In this document: positions 11,501 to 19,909 of the stretch, in pieces | Position numbering within the stretch: position 1 is the stretch's first letter | How the letters are laid out: each line of letters opens with the position of its first letter | DNA from: Priapulus caudatus | Taxonomy: Eukaryota | Reading direction: 5' to 3' | DNA length: 20,000 bases | Assembly: GCF_000485595.1 (NCBI RefSeq) | Contig: NW_014577089.1 | Span: 335,203 to 355,202 of the forward strand | Position numbers and translations under genes: made by a program | Notes under the pieces: model-generated | Database searches by the model: none | What the model saw: only the letters and a program-made list of their open reading frames with translations | What the model was told of the DNA's origin: nothing

Positions 11501-14500
11501 CAAAATAAAACGGGAAAGTTTATTAATTAGACTAATACTGCAACATGGTTTCAGCATTTCACCGTTGTACGCTCTCCTTCTTTATACGCTCTTGATATAA
11601 TATATATAGTATATAATATATAATACTCTGAACATGTAAATGCTACTATGCCATTGCTTGAGGCAACGATGCAATTTCATATTTTCAAAGTAGGACTGCA
11701 AACTTTCAAAGTAGTAGATGGTGTGTCATGTCCGTGTAATGACCTTATATAATGGATTGGTCAATGAGCTAATAACCTTCAGGAAGATATGTTGTCTGCT
11801 GATTATTATAAGATCATTATGACTATCAGTCCCCGTTTCTTTTTCTCTTTATACATCCCTGTAATAGAAAGTGACCAGAGAGTGCTCATGTTGTGATCAA
11901 TATTATTACAGGTTCGCAACGAAGCCATGAAAGCTGGCTGCGGTATCTCACGGGAAAACATCTGGCAGTACTTTGTGAAGAAATGCTCAAGTAACCTACA
12001 CGTAGTGCTGGCGATGTCGCCTGTAGGCGAGCAGCTACGCACACGCTGTCGCGACTTCCCCGGTCTCGTCAACGGTTGCAGCATAGACTGGTTCATGGCG
12101 TGGCCAGAGCAGGCTCTCTATGCTGTCGCCAGCGTGTTCCTGACCGAGGTAAGTCCTACTTTGTTAGTCTCGTGGACACTAAACTCACATGCTACAAAGT
12201 ATGTGCAGGATCCTGATGGTACCATTTGTTTGCAAACACGTTTTTTACAAACACATCTTAGTACTTCTTTACACGTCTTTTATTTTCATTGGTGTTCGTG
12301 TCTCTGGAAACTTTTTTTCGTTTGAACTTTTTATCATCGAACAAACTTTCTTTTTTTTTTCAATCATGTCTTTTTAAAGGCTCCGTATTGCGTCGCCTGT
12401 TCGCTTTGAGCTGTTATATAATTGTTTGCGGCGCAGTGTAGTGAAGAAGCTGCATGGTGTGCAGACGCATACCTCTGTGACAATAGTATATTCTCTTTAT
12501 CTATTGTGGGAGACACTAATTTGCAACAGTGACGAGTGAATGCGTGTTTACCATTGTGTGTGTCCATGTATATAGAGATATGTAATTATATGGCTATTTT
12601 GCCAGGACATTACATCATTTGATATTTGATGGTAGAGTCAATCCTGTGCCAATATAGTCCCCTCTATTGAATGGCTCATCAATCATGTCAACCATAAAAT
12701 ATTTCTCCACTGAAAAATCTTGTGTAGTAGATCTTGTACAGGGACTAAAAATAGCCCCGACCACCGGCCTGTATGGAAAGGCCACATTTTTATTAAAGTC
12801 ACTTGACAGTTTTCTTTAGTGACCTGTTTATACAGGTCTGACTGTACAACTAACTAAGAGGTTATACTGCCAACAGAACGACAAGATACCACAGAAGCTC
12901 CGTGAAGCTGTCGTCAGTCATGTGGTCACCGTGCATCAGCTGGTGGGCAACTACAGCCAGAAGTTCCTGCAGAAACTGCGCAGGAACAACTATGTGACGC
13001 CGAAGAACTACTTGGACTTCATCAACAGCTATGTACGACTTCTAGAGGAGAAGGATGCCTTTATCTTAGCTCAAGTGAGTCTTACGCAGTCCCGACCTGA
13101 ATTATATCTTTGTGAAACTCTCCCATTGTCAGCAAACTTTGCACATGTACTCGCTTTTTTGTCTACCCGTAATTTTATGTCCATCAAGTTGTCCATAAAA
13201 TGTCCGTAACTGTCACTTCATAGTGCTAGCTGCCATACAGTACTTCATACACACAGTATCAGAAATCAGTTGGCTTGACAATCAATCGCAGTGCTAAGAG
13301 TGTCAATTGCGATTTCAGTGCCAGCGGCTTGCCAGTGGCATGACGAAGATTGCCGAGGCTAGTGAGCAGTTGAACGACCTTAACGACAAGCTGGCCGTGC
13401 AGAAGGTGGCCGTGGAGGAGAAGACAATTGCCTGCGAGTCACTCTTGCAAGAAATCTCTGACGGCACACAGAAAGGCACCGAGAAAAAGCAGCTTGCCGA
13501 AGCCAAGGGCAAGGAAATTGTGGTGCAGACAAAGGTCATCACTGTTGAGAAGGTATTTATATATTTCTCGATGAAGAGTTATTGTTAGGATTGGGTATGA
13601 TGGTAATTGATTGCCTTGATGGTAATTCCTGTTGTTAGTGAGCCTAATATCATGACTGTTTCCTAGTTCTACCAATGCTAGCAATACTATTTCGTAGTGA
13701 GGGGGTCTCTCCCCCTATTCTGATACCATTATCATATTATATATATATTATTATAAGTGCACCATGTTAGTGATTATGAGTATCTCTTATTAAGATCTTA
13801 ATAGTATGTGCAGTCTGAACATTTTGAGAATCAGTAAATCTGGCTACCAAGTTTGTGGACGTTTACGTAATAAGTCATTACCGCGCGTAGTAGTAGTGTG
13901 ACAGGGCACACATACTTATGTATAATGAGTCTTTATTACGCAGAGAAATGCAGAAGATGCTTTGGCTGCAGCACTACCAGCTTTAGAAGCAGCTAGGATT
14001 GCTCTAGAGGACCTTGACAAGTCAGATGTCACAGAGATCAGGCATGTTTTCAATATTCATATCTCCTTTCCTAATATTCCTTTACAACTTTCCATTACCC
14101 TAGCAAATCTATAAGAGAGACATGACATATTTATTGTAACACAATTTTAAGCTATATATATGGTCTTGGCTGTTTTTTTTTCTTCTAAGAAATGTGTTAT
14201 CTGAATAATTGTAGGTCTTTTGCAAAGCCTCCAAAAGCAGTGCAGACGGTGTGTGAATGCATTGTGGTGATGCGTGGCAGTAAGGATATCAGCTGGAAGT
14301 CTGCCAAAGCAATGATGTCAGAAGCGAACTTCCTCAAATCTCTAATGGAAATGGATGTAGATGCCATCACCACAGTATGTAACGTAGAATTAAAGTTGTT
14401 ATTACATATGAATAAGTGTGATTCGATATACTAGATGGATTGGAAAAGGTTATTGGAAGAAGTCCATGTAAATTAGTTTTTTATCAGGTCATGTTGGTTA

Positions 14501-17500
14501 TGTGACATTCCCACTTGAATCTGTCCAGCAATTTTGGATGTTTTCCCTTATTTTTACCATGTATACATATTCTCAAATTACTTTTCCATCTGAGCTAGAA
14601 GACCATGCCTCTTGAATATTGCTGCAAGGTCGGTTAAGTTATTCATTGTGTATATTTTTCATGTGTACATGCCAAATTGTCGATTTTATGATACTTCGGT
14701 GCTAAGCATTGTGTTTAGAACGGCCTCTCAACAATGATTGGGTAGAGCTCAGTTTAGAGTTCAGGCAGATAGATCATTTAAGCTCATCTGAATATGTGTT
14801 TTTCTATTTTCTTACTTTAGAGCCAAACAAAGACGATAAAGAACTTGTTAGGCACGATGGAAGCCACACTGGAGGATATGAAGAGCATCAGCAGAGCAGG
14901 GGCCGGCCTGTTGAAATTTGTTGAAGCTGTCATGGGCTATTGTGCTGTCAACAAGGAGATTAAACCCAAGAGAGAGAAGGTTGGTTATGCATTGTCAGGT
15001 CATAGACATAAAAAGTCATATAATATGATATTATATATTAAGTCATGATGTTAATATGATATCATATATTAAGTATTATTCTATGTTAATTTTGTCTTCG
15101 TGAAACACTAGGTTGCAAGGCTGGAGAAGGAGTTTCATCAGAGTAAACGTGAGCTGGACAGGATCAACAAGGAGGTGGCCGCGCTAGAATCAGATCTGGG
15201 CCTGCTCGGGCAGAAGTACGAGGAGGCGATGATGGAGCGCCAGAACCTGGAGGAGGAGACGGCGCTCATGATGCGGCGTCTCGTCGCTGCCGACAAGCTC
15301 ATCGGCGGGCTGAGCTCAGAGAATGAAAGGTAGAGCGTGCGACAGTGATGTGAGTGCTGGCCAGCAGCTATAGGCTCATGTGCATGCGAAGCTTAGATAA
15401 TCAAATGTGTCGAATCAGTATGTTGTGAGTGTGAAGCAACAGACAAGCTTATCAGTTGCCCAGGCTTGAGAAGAAAATGAGAGCAACAGTGGTGTGAGTG
15501 CACAGCAAAATATAGTCTTATGTGCCTGTGAAGCGCACAGAATCAGTGTGGCAATAGTGTGCAGGCTAGGCGGCAGAGAAAAAGTAAGGTGGAGGCTACA
15601 GACCAGCTTATTAGTGTGATAAACGTACCTATAGTTATATGGTCGGGCGTCGCATGTTTTCTGTGAGACTAATGTAAAGTGTAGGAACAGTGTTGCTCCT
15701 ACATGGTGTTGGTTGGTAAAGCGTTCAGATGCAATGTACATGCGTCCATTCTCTCCGCATTCGCTCCGTATTCCGCCATAGTCGCTGCATGAACTTCTGC
15801 CGTTCGTGATCGAGTTTCATTTGTTTTCGATGTGTCTACTTCGTCTAGGTGGGCTGATGACCTTGAGGAGCTGAAGCAGCAGAGGATCCGCCTGCTAGGT
15901 GACTGCTTGCTGGCTGCTGCCTTCCTTAGTTACCTTGGAGCTTTCAACTGGGACTTCCGTAACCAGTTGCTGTTCGATGAGTGGAAGATGGATGTAGTGA
16001 GCAGGGACATCCCGCTGAGTGAACCATACAAGCTAGAAGCTCTTGTCACTGACGATGTTGAGATCAGCAGGTATTCGTGGAGTGACAGCTGAGGTCCAGG
16101 GGCCCAAACAAAATTAGTCTTAACATTAATAATTAATTTCTCTTAGACCATTGACATCACTTTGTTTCTTATTGTTATGAGGAAATCTGCTACGAGTTTT
16201 CATTCTCGTAACTTCGCAGCATTTCTGTTAACGGTCTAAGAGAAAAAGTTAATGTTAAGACTAATGTTAAGACCAATTTTGTTTCTGACAACGGGCCCCA
16301 GCTTGTTAATGATGTTTTAAAAACGTATTGAAGTGATAATTCTTTTCTGCTGAGTACAGTAATGATAATGCTTTTCATGGGATCACGGTGAATGATGACT
16401 GCATGCATAGCTAACTATAGGCAACAACATACATACAACACGTGCAACTGTACATGCACAACAACCAACATACCACTCACAACTTACAATAGCATTATCA
16501 TCATCGCCGTCAACCACGACAACAACAACAACAACATACAACAACATAAAATATGCAGCATACAAGCGATTACCTAGTAAGCTGTCAATTTGCGCACACA
16601 CATTGAAGTCACAAAAGTAACACGGGCTACATACTTGGTATGTCGATGCAGATAGTTAATTCTATGTCATCATTGCTTAGGTGGACGTCAGAAGGCTTGC
16701 CACCAGATGAACTGTCCATCCAGAATGGAATCTTGACGACACGGTCCAGCCGCTTCCCGCTGTGCATCGATCCACAGCAGCAGGCACTCAACTGGATCCG
16801 GAAACGAGAGGAGCCCAACAACCTGAAGGTGCCGTGTAGGAACAACAGGGTGCATGGTTCTCAGTTTGAACAGCGTATAAATGCTAACAGGTTTAAGGGG
16901 TTTTGGTAAATGCACGCGTGTGCATTTATACACACGTGGATGAGTGGTTGTAGAGGAGTGAATGTGTGCATGTGTGTGTGCGTGCGTGGGTGGGTGCGTG
17001 CGTGGGTGGATGGGAGCATGCGTGCATGTGTGTATGTCTGTCTACATGCCGACACTTGTGCTTGCATGTGTCTCTATGCGAATATGCCTGTATGTTTTCC
17101 TGTGTACATCTGTATGCAATCATGCATACGTGCGTGCGTACGCACATGCTTGCGTGCACCTTTGTACAAGCAAATGTGCTCCCATGCACTGTGCATGTAT
17201 GCACATGTTGCATTAAGTTTTGTTCAGCGTTTGATAATTCTCATTTTCAGGTCTGCACATTCAGTGACCCTGACTTCATCAAACAGTTGGAGCTGGCTAT
17301 CAAGTATGGCTTCCCATTTCTGTTCAAGGACGTTGATGAATACATTGACCCTGTCATTGATAATGTACTAGAGAAAAACATCAAAGGTAAAATCCAGTTT
17401 CAACACCTTGTTTATTGCAGATTTTAGACTGATTTCTACATGATGGCTGCATACCAAAAACATGGATGATAGGGGAATACTGATTAGTTGTATATAACCA

Positions 17501-19395
17501 TCCTGTTGTCACATGATAACAAAGCATTACTACTTTTGTTTGCATATTTATTTGAGTTTTATATATTGCTCTGTTCGTGTTTGTGGTATTTTTTACATTT
17601 TAAATAACTGAAATTATGCGTCTTGAAGTGGTATCATGATATAAAAGTAAATGTTACAGTCAGATAATGATGTCAGTGTCACTTTACTCACTTATGTATA
17701 GTTATATGTTGAAGAAAACCCCCCGTTTCAATTGCAATGCACGTATTGACGAATTAAGTATCCTGCTAAATTCTTTACCATAAAGAATGCTAATGCTAAT
17801 GTACTAGCATAAACCTATGTATACTAGGTGTACTGGTATACATGAAGTTCTTAGGAGTAGGGGTACGACACACTGATGCAATGTTGATCCCTTTGCTTTT
17901 ATAATTGCGCAGACATTTATGTAGTTTCTGTTCAGTTGAGCTGCGTGGAATGAGAGGTATGGTGGTCTCTATTGACCAGATGAAGCCAGGTACAAACATG
18001 CTTATAAAAAGTTGTGAAAAATTGTGAAATATATGCACACCCTGGTTACTTTCACACAGTTCTAATGAATTTTGGATGCACACAGATGCACAAACTTTAT
18101 TCTGTCTCTCAATCACTAAGTCATGCAAGCATGATACATTTCAATATATTCACAAATATCATCTTGCACATGAGTGAACACTGCATGATGCATGTTAATA
18201 AGATCATGCGTATCATAATAGAGAAATTATATGTTGTCTTTCTGCCTTTTGTCTGTCTGTTGTGTTAGGTACTCTTGATAACATGGTTATATGTTTATGC
18301 ACAACTAAAACATAACATCTTATATTAATGATATAATTAATGATAATATCGATTTAACATTTTTATATTATTTTCTTTTTTATTTATTATTCTCACGGCC
18401 TTAATCGGAAGCCTCGTTATAAAGTAAGATTATTGCCTGTTGTCTGCACAGGTCTGTGTGATCGTACCACTAACTTTGTGTCTAATACCCTCAAATTTAT
18501 TAGGTCAGCAAGGCAGGCAGTTTGTGATTCTTGGCGACAAAGAGGTGGACTATGATCCCAACTTCAAACTGTACCTGAATACGAAGTTGTCCAACCCAAA
18601 GTACTCTCCTAATGTGTTCGGCAAGGCTATGGTCATAAACTACACAGTTACTCTGAACGTATGCCACCATTTACATCTGTGTTCCTATATATATATTGTG
18701 GCCATTACAGCCAAGAGGCCAAATTTATGTCAAAGATTTTCACTTCCGTCACTTTGAATTATTTAAATTCATTCAAAGGGCATATTTCAAATCTATAAAT
18801 CTTTAGTTATTCTAAATGGAATGCGTGGTTGCCATGATGTGTATATTTTATGTGATGAAAGGTTTAGGAAGCATTTATACTTTAGCTTATTGACTTTTCT
18901 ATCACTGTGCGTCATCTATATATATTGTCACACGTCGGCTTATGGTTTTCTGCCATTATTAGCTGCTGTGTGATTTTAGATGTGTGGCTCTTGTGGTTAC
19001 TAGGGGAAATGGCGACAGTCTATGGATGAGTGGTCTTAATAACCAAGGAATGTACTCCCTCTATGGGTTGAAATAGTGCAAATCTGTTATTACGTAACAT
19101 GCTTGACCAACCTATAGCAACGATATCTGAGGGACCGTGGCTATCGCGCTGTGACGGGTACTAAATTGTTCCACAGGGCCTCGAGGACCAGCTGCTCAGC
19201 GTCATCGTGAAGTTTGAGCGTAAGGAGCTGGAGGAGCAGCGAGAGCGGCTCATCCAGGAAACGAGCGAGAACAAGAAGCTCCTGAAGGACCTCGAGGACT
19301 CCTTGCTGCGTGAGCTGGCCACGTCTACAGGCAACATGCTGGACAATGTCGAGCTGGTCGCGACACTCGAGGAGACCAAGTCTAAAGCAACTGAG
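35..19395 (+). CDS. DNAH10: Axonemal dynein heavy chain 10-like (inner-arm I1/f alpha-type), partial; 31 internal exons, 4944 nt / 1648 aa, both ends outside the window
   Basis: Manual splicing at AG/GT (two GC) junctions gives one continuous frame with consistent intron phases. Dynein motifs occur in canonical order: [19 protein letters not shown] (AAA1 end), GPTGGGKS (AAA2 P-loop), [39 protein letters not shown] (AAA3), GVGGSGKQ (AAA4), stalk [20 protein letters not shown]5 [22 protein letters not shown]. The DNAH10 paralog call is from recalled sequence signatures, not a search. Confidence 0.93.
210..282. repeat. Short (TA)/(TG)/(CGTG)/(TATG) compound microsatellite
   Basis: atatatatgtgtgtgtgcgtgcatgcgtgcttgtgtgcgtgcgtggtatg... 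Confidence 0.75.
759..950 (+). CDS. DNAH10: Exon 2: [33 protein letters not shown]...LPEQ
   Basis: tttctag|GAT ... CAG|gtatat; phase 0/0. Confidence 0.93.
1121..1239 (+). CDS. DNAH10: Exon 3: [28 protein letters not shown]... (AAA2 Walker A)
   Basis: aacag|GTT ... CG|gtattc; phase 0/2; not in ORF track. Confidence 0.92.
1614..1772 (+). CDS. DNAH10: Exon 4: [41 protein letters not shown]...
   Basis: ttttccag|G ... AA|gtaagg; phase 2/2. Confidence 0.92.
2152..2287 (+). CDS. DNAH10: Exon 5: [45 protein letters not shown]
   Basis: aacaag|G ... GAG|gttaga; phase 2/0. Confidence 0.92.
2625..2737 (+). CDS. DNAH10: Exon 6: [27 protein letters not shown]...
   Basis: tttgcag|GTG ... AG|gtacgt; phase 0/2. 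Confidence 0.92.
3178..3322 (+). CDS. DNAH10: Exon 7: [17 protein letters not shown]...[10 protein letters not shown] (GC donor)
   Basis: ttatag|G ... ATG|gcaagt; phase 2/0 requires a GC donor. Confidence 0.85.
4673..4880 (+). CDS. DNAH10: Exon 8: [12 protein letters not shown]...[18 protein letters not shown]...
   Basis: gtttag|GTC ... G|gtatgc; phase 0/1. Confidence 0.9.
5148..5257 (+). CDS. DNAH10: Exon 9: [36 protein letters not shown]
   Basis: gttttag|GT ... GAG|gttaga; phase 1/0. Confidence 0.9.
5744..5911 (+). CDS. DNAH10: Exon 10: [15 protein letters not shown]...[12 protein letters not shown]... (AAA3 Walker A)
   Basis: attcag|ATG ... ACG|gtgagt; phase 0/0. Confidence 0.9.
6012..6460. 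repeat. Minisatellite, 17-19 bp unit (consensus ~CAGAGCATATTGTACATGA), decaying 3'
   Basis: About nine well-conserved units 6012-6198, then degenerate units to ~6460. Confidence 0.9.
6584..6736 (+). CDS. DNAH10: Exon 11: [18 protein letters not shown]...[20 protein letters not shown] (AAA3 Walker B)
   Basis: cttttcag|CTT ... CAG|gtatgt; phase 0/0. Confidence 0.92.
6974..7108 (+). CDS. DNAH10: Exon 12: [32 protein letters not shown]...AAMGK
   Basis: cttgtag|GTA ... AAG|gttagc; phase 0/0. Confidence 0.92.
7404..7549 (+). CDS. DNAH10: Exon 13: [24 protein letters not shown]...
   Basis: atgtag|GCT ... AG|gtatga; phase 0/2. Confidence 0.92.
7844..7996 (+). CDS. DNAH10: Exon 14: [10 protein letters not shown]...[24 protein letters not shown]...
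   Basis: gtgtag|A ... AG|gtatga; phase 2/2. Confidence 0.92.
8228..8327 (+). CDS. DNAH10: Exon 15: [33 protein letters not shown]
   Basis: cttttag|G ... CAC|gtatgt; phase 2/0. Confidence 0.9.
8506..8600. repeat. (TCTG)n microsatellite
   Basis: tctgtctgtctg... with occasional tcgg/tcta variants. Confidence 0.95.
8812..8976 (+). CDS. DNAH10: Exon 16: [12 protein letters not shown]...[10 protein letters not shown]...[20 protein letters not shown]
   Basis: cactgcag|CGG ... GAG|gtataa; phase 0/0. Confidence 0.88.
9265..9450 (+). CDS. DNAH10: Exon 17: ILEEYN...[18 protein letters not shown]...[14 protein letters not shown] (AAA4 Walker A)
   Basis: gtgcag|ATC ... GAG|gtaatt; phase 0/0. Confidence 0.93.
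9474..9652. mobile_element. Tc1/mariner-superfamily (Tc2-like) MITE
   Basis: ta|CCGTATATGATCGCGTAATAACTGC ... GCGGTTATTACGCGATCATATAGGT|ta: ~25 bp inverted termini flanked by TA; subterminal ggtgcggcttata resembles Tc2-type MITE ends (recalled). Confidence 0.7.
9904..10039 (+). CDS. DNAH10: Exon 18: [20 protein letters not shown]...[12 protein letters not shown]
   Basis: tcacag|GTG ... G|gtaagt; phase 0/1. Confidence 0.92.
10659..10747 (+). CDS. DNAH10: Exon 19: [29 protein letters not shown]
   Basis: cataaaag|GC ... CAG|gtgcct; phase 1/0. Confidence 0.9.
10947..11596. mobile_element. Non-autonomous DNA transposon / MITE with long (~165 bp) terminal inverted repeats, in TA-rich sequence
   Basis: 10947-~11113 (atcaagagcgtataacggtgaaatgctgaaaccatgttgcagta...gatgcccctatgctga) is the reverse complement of ~11413-11596, roughly 90% identical by eye. 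The ORF track shows matching peptides on opposite strands ([15 protein letters not shown] vs [15 protein letters not shown]). The ~300 bp core has no transposase. Confidence 0.85.
11912..12148 (+). CDS. DNAH10: Exon 20: VRNEAMK...[27 protein letters not shown]...[10 protein letters not shown]...
   Basis: ttacag|GTT ... GAG|gtaagt; phase 0/0. Confidence 0.93.
12635..12844. mobile_element. Degenerate Tc1/mariner-pogo-like MITE
   Basis: ta|gagtcaatcctgtg ... tacaggtctgactg|ta: 12/16 inverted match including TA flanks; the right end reads CAGTCAGACCTGTATAAACAGGTCAC on the minus strand. Confidence 0.45.
12877..13074 (+). CDS. DNAH10: Exon 21: NDKIPQ...[17 protein letters not shown]...
   Basis: caacag|AAC ... 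CAA|gtgagt; phase 0/0. Confidence 0.9.
13319..13552 (+). CDS. DNAH10: Exon 22: [14 protein letters not shown]... (stalk coiled coil 1)
   Basis: atttcag|TGC ... AAG|gtattt; phase 0/0. Confidence 0.92.
13944..14041 (+). CDS. DNAH10: Exon 23: [32 protein letters not shown](R) (GC donor)
   Basis: acgcag|AGA ... AG|gcatgt; phase 0/2 requires a GC donor. Confidence 0.87.
14215..14374 (+). CDS. DNAH10: Exon 24: [16 protein letters not shown]...[18 protein letters not shown]... (microtubule-binding domain)
   Basis: ttgtag|G ... ACA|gtatgt; phase 2/0. Confidence 0.9.
14821..14979 (+). CDS. DNAH10: Exon 25: SQTKTIK...[19 protein letters not shown]...IKPKREK
   Basis: actttag|AGC ... AAG|gttggt; phase 0/0. 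Confidence 0.9.
15112..15329 (+). CDS. DNAH10: Exon 26: VARLEKEF...[18 protein letters not shown](R) (stalk coiled coil 2)
   Basis: cactag|GTT ... AG|gtagag; phase 0/2; not in ORF track. Confidence 0.92.
15292..15616. repeat. Degenerate ~150-159 bp tandem duplication overlapping the exon 26 3' end
   Basis: gacaagctcatc (15292), gacaagcttatc (15442), gaccagcttatt (15601); acagtgatgtgagtgc (15342) vs acagtggtgtgagtgc (15487). Confidence 0.65.
15849..16070 (+). CDS. DNAH10: Exon 27: WADDLEEL...[18 protein letters not shown]...TDDVEIS(R)
   Basis: gtctag|G ... AG|gtattc; phase 2/2. Confidence 0.92.
16100..16298. mobile_element. PIF/Harbinger-like MITE (foldback) with CAG target-site duplication
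   Basis: cag|GGGCCC-aaacaaaattagtcttaacattaa...tctcttagacc ... ggtctaagaga...taatgttaagaccaattttgttt...GGGCCC|cag; 3-bp duplication at 16097-16099 and 16299-16301. Confidence 0.8.
16423..16548. repeat. CAA-rich low-complexity tract
   Basis: gacaacaacaacaacaacatacaacaaca and upstream caacaaca/caacaacc. Confidence 0.65.
16681..16828 (+). CDS. DNAH10: Exon 28: [39 protein letters not shown]...NLK (AAA5)
   Basis: gcttag|G ... AAG|gtgccg; phase 2/0. Confidence 0.92.
16910..17212. repeat. Low-complexity alternating purine/pyrimidine (TG/CGTG/CATG) tract
   Basis: gtgtgcatgtgtgtgtgcgtgcgtggg...; explains the overlapping Cys/Val/His-rich ORFs. Confidence 0.8.
17251..17386 (+). CDS. DNAH10: Exon 29: [45 protein letters not shown]
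   Basis: ttttcag|GTC ... G|gtaaaa; phase 0/1. Confidence 0.93.
18504..18658 (+). CDS. DNAH10: Exon 30: [33 protein letters not shown]...INYTVTLN
   Basis: tattag|GT ... AAC|gtatgc; phase 1/0. Confidence 0.92.
19177..19395 (+). CDS. DNAH10: Exon 31: [26 protein letters not shown]...[19 protein letters not shown]...KATE
   Basis: ccacag|GGC ... GAG|gtagga; phase 0/0. Confidence 0.93.
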
Positions 19396-19435
19396 GTAGG
19401 AGATTCATCTGTATGTAGTTCTCTGATGATATCAC

Positions 19436-19545
19436 TGAATCATGAATCAATGATCAATGAATCAATGAATCATGAATCAATGATCAATGAATCAATGAAT
19501 CTGTGAATCAATCAATGAATCAATCAATGATACTGAATCAATGAA
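19436..19545. repeat. (AATC/AATG)n compound microsatellite
   Basis: gaatcatgaatcaatgatcaatgaatcaatgaatcatgaatcaatgatcaatg...; includes an exact ~30 bp duplication. Confidence 0.85.
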
Positions 19546-19558
19546 ATCATATGAGATC

Positions 19559-19909
19559 ACTGAGAGGGGAGAGTTACTGATGTGTAGTTAGTGGGGTGAG
19601 AAATTTACATACATGTAATCAATAAGGTGGGAGATTTACCTTTATGTAGTCACTGAGGTAGGAGATTTACCTATATGTATAGTTACTGTCGTGCAAAATA
19701 TAGTGATATGTAGTTATGCTGGGGTGAGAAATTTATCTATATGTAGTTACTGCGGTAGGAAATTTACCTTTGTAGTTACAGAGGTTTGAGATTTACTATA
19801 TATAGTTACTGGAGTGAAAAATCTACCTATATGTAGTCACTGGCGTAGGATATATACCCATATGTAGTTACTATAGTTACTGTCGTGGGAAATTTACCTT
19901 CATATAGTT
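19559..19909. repeat. Minisatellite, ~31 bp unit (consensus ~ACTGAGGTAGGAGATTTACCTATATGTAGTT), ~11 copies
   Basis: Units start at 19559, 19590, 19621, 19652, 19685, 19716, 19749, 19778, 19808, 19839 and 19879. Confidence 0.88.

Noticed and set aside
10884..11557. ORFs inside the long-TIR element as a possible transposase
   Set aside because: All under 120 aa with no recognisable DDE or DNA-binding motif; their mutual similarity just reflects the TIRs.
15021..15075. 31 bp local tandem duplication (taatatgatattatatattaagt x2)
   Set aside because: Ordinary AT-rich slippage duplication.
16861..17371. Overlapping Cys/Val/His-rich ORFs up to 153 aa on both strands
   Set aside because: Products of the TG/CA low-complexity tract; only 17251-17386 is a true exon.
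17818..17843. Small hairpin atgtatactag-gtgta-ctggtatacat
   Set aside because: Too short and isolated to support an RNA or element call.
19559..19909. Regular ~31 bp periodicity as a CRISPR-like array
   Set aside because: Units are contiguous degenerate copies with no unique spacers, there are no cas genes, and the context is a eukaryotic intron.
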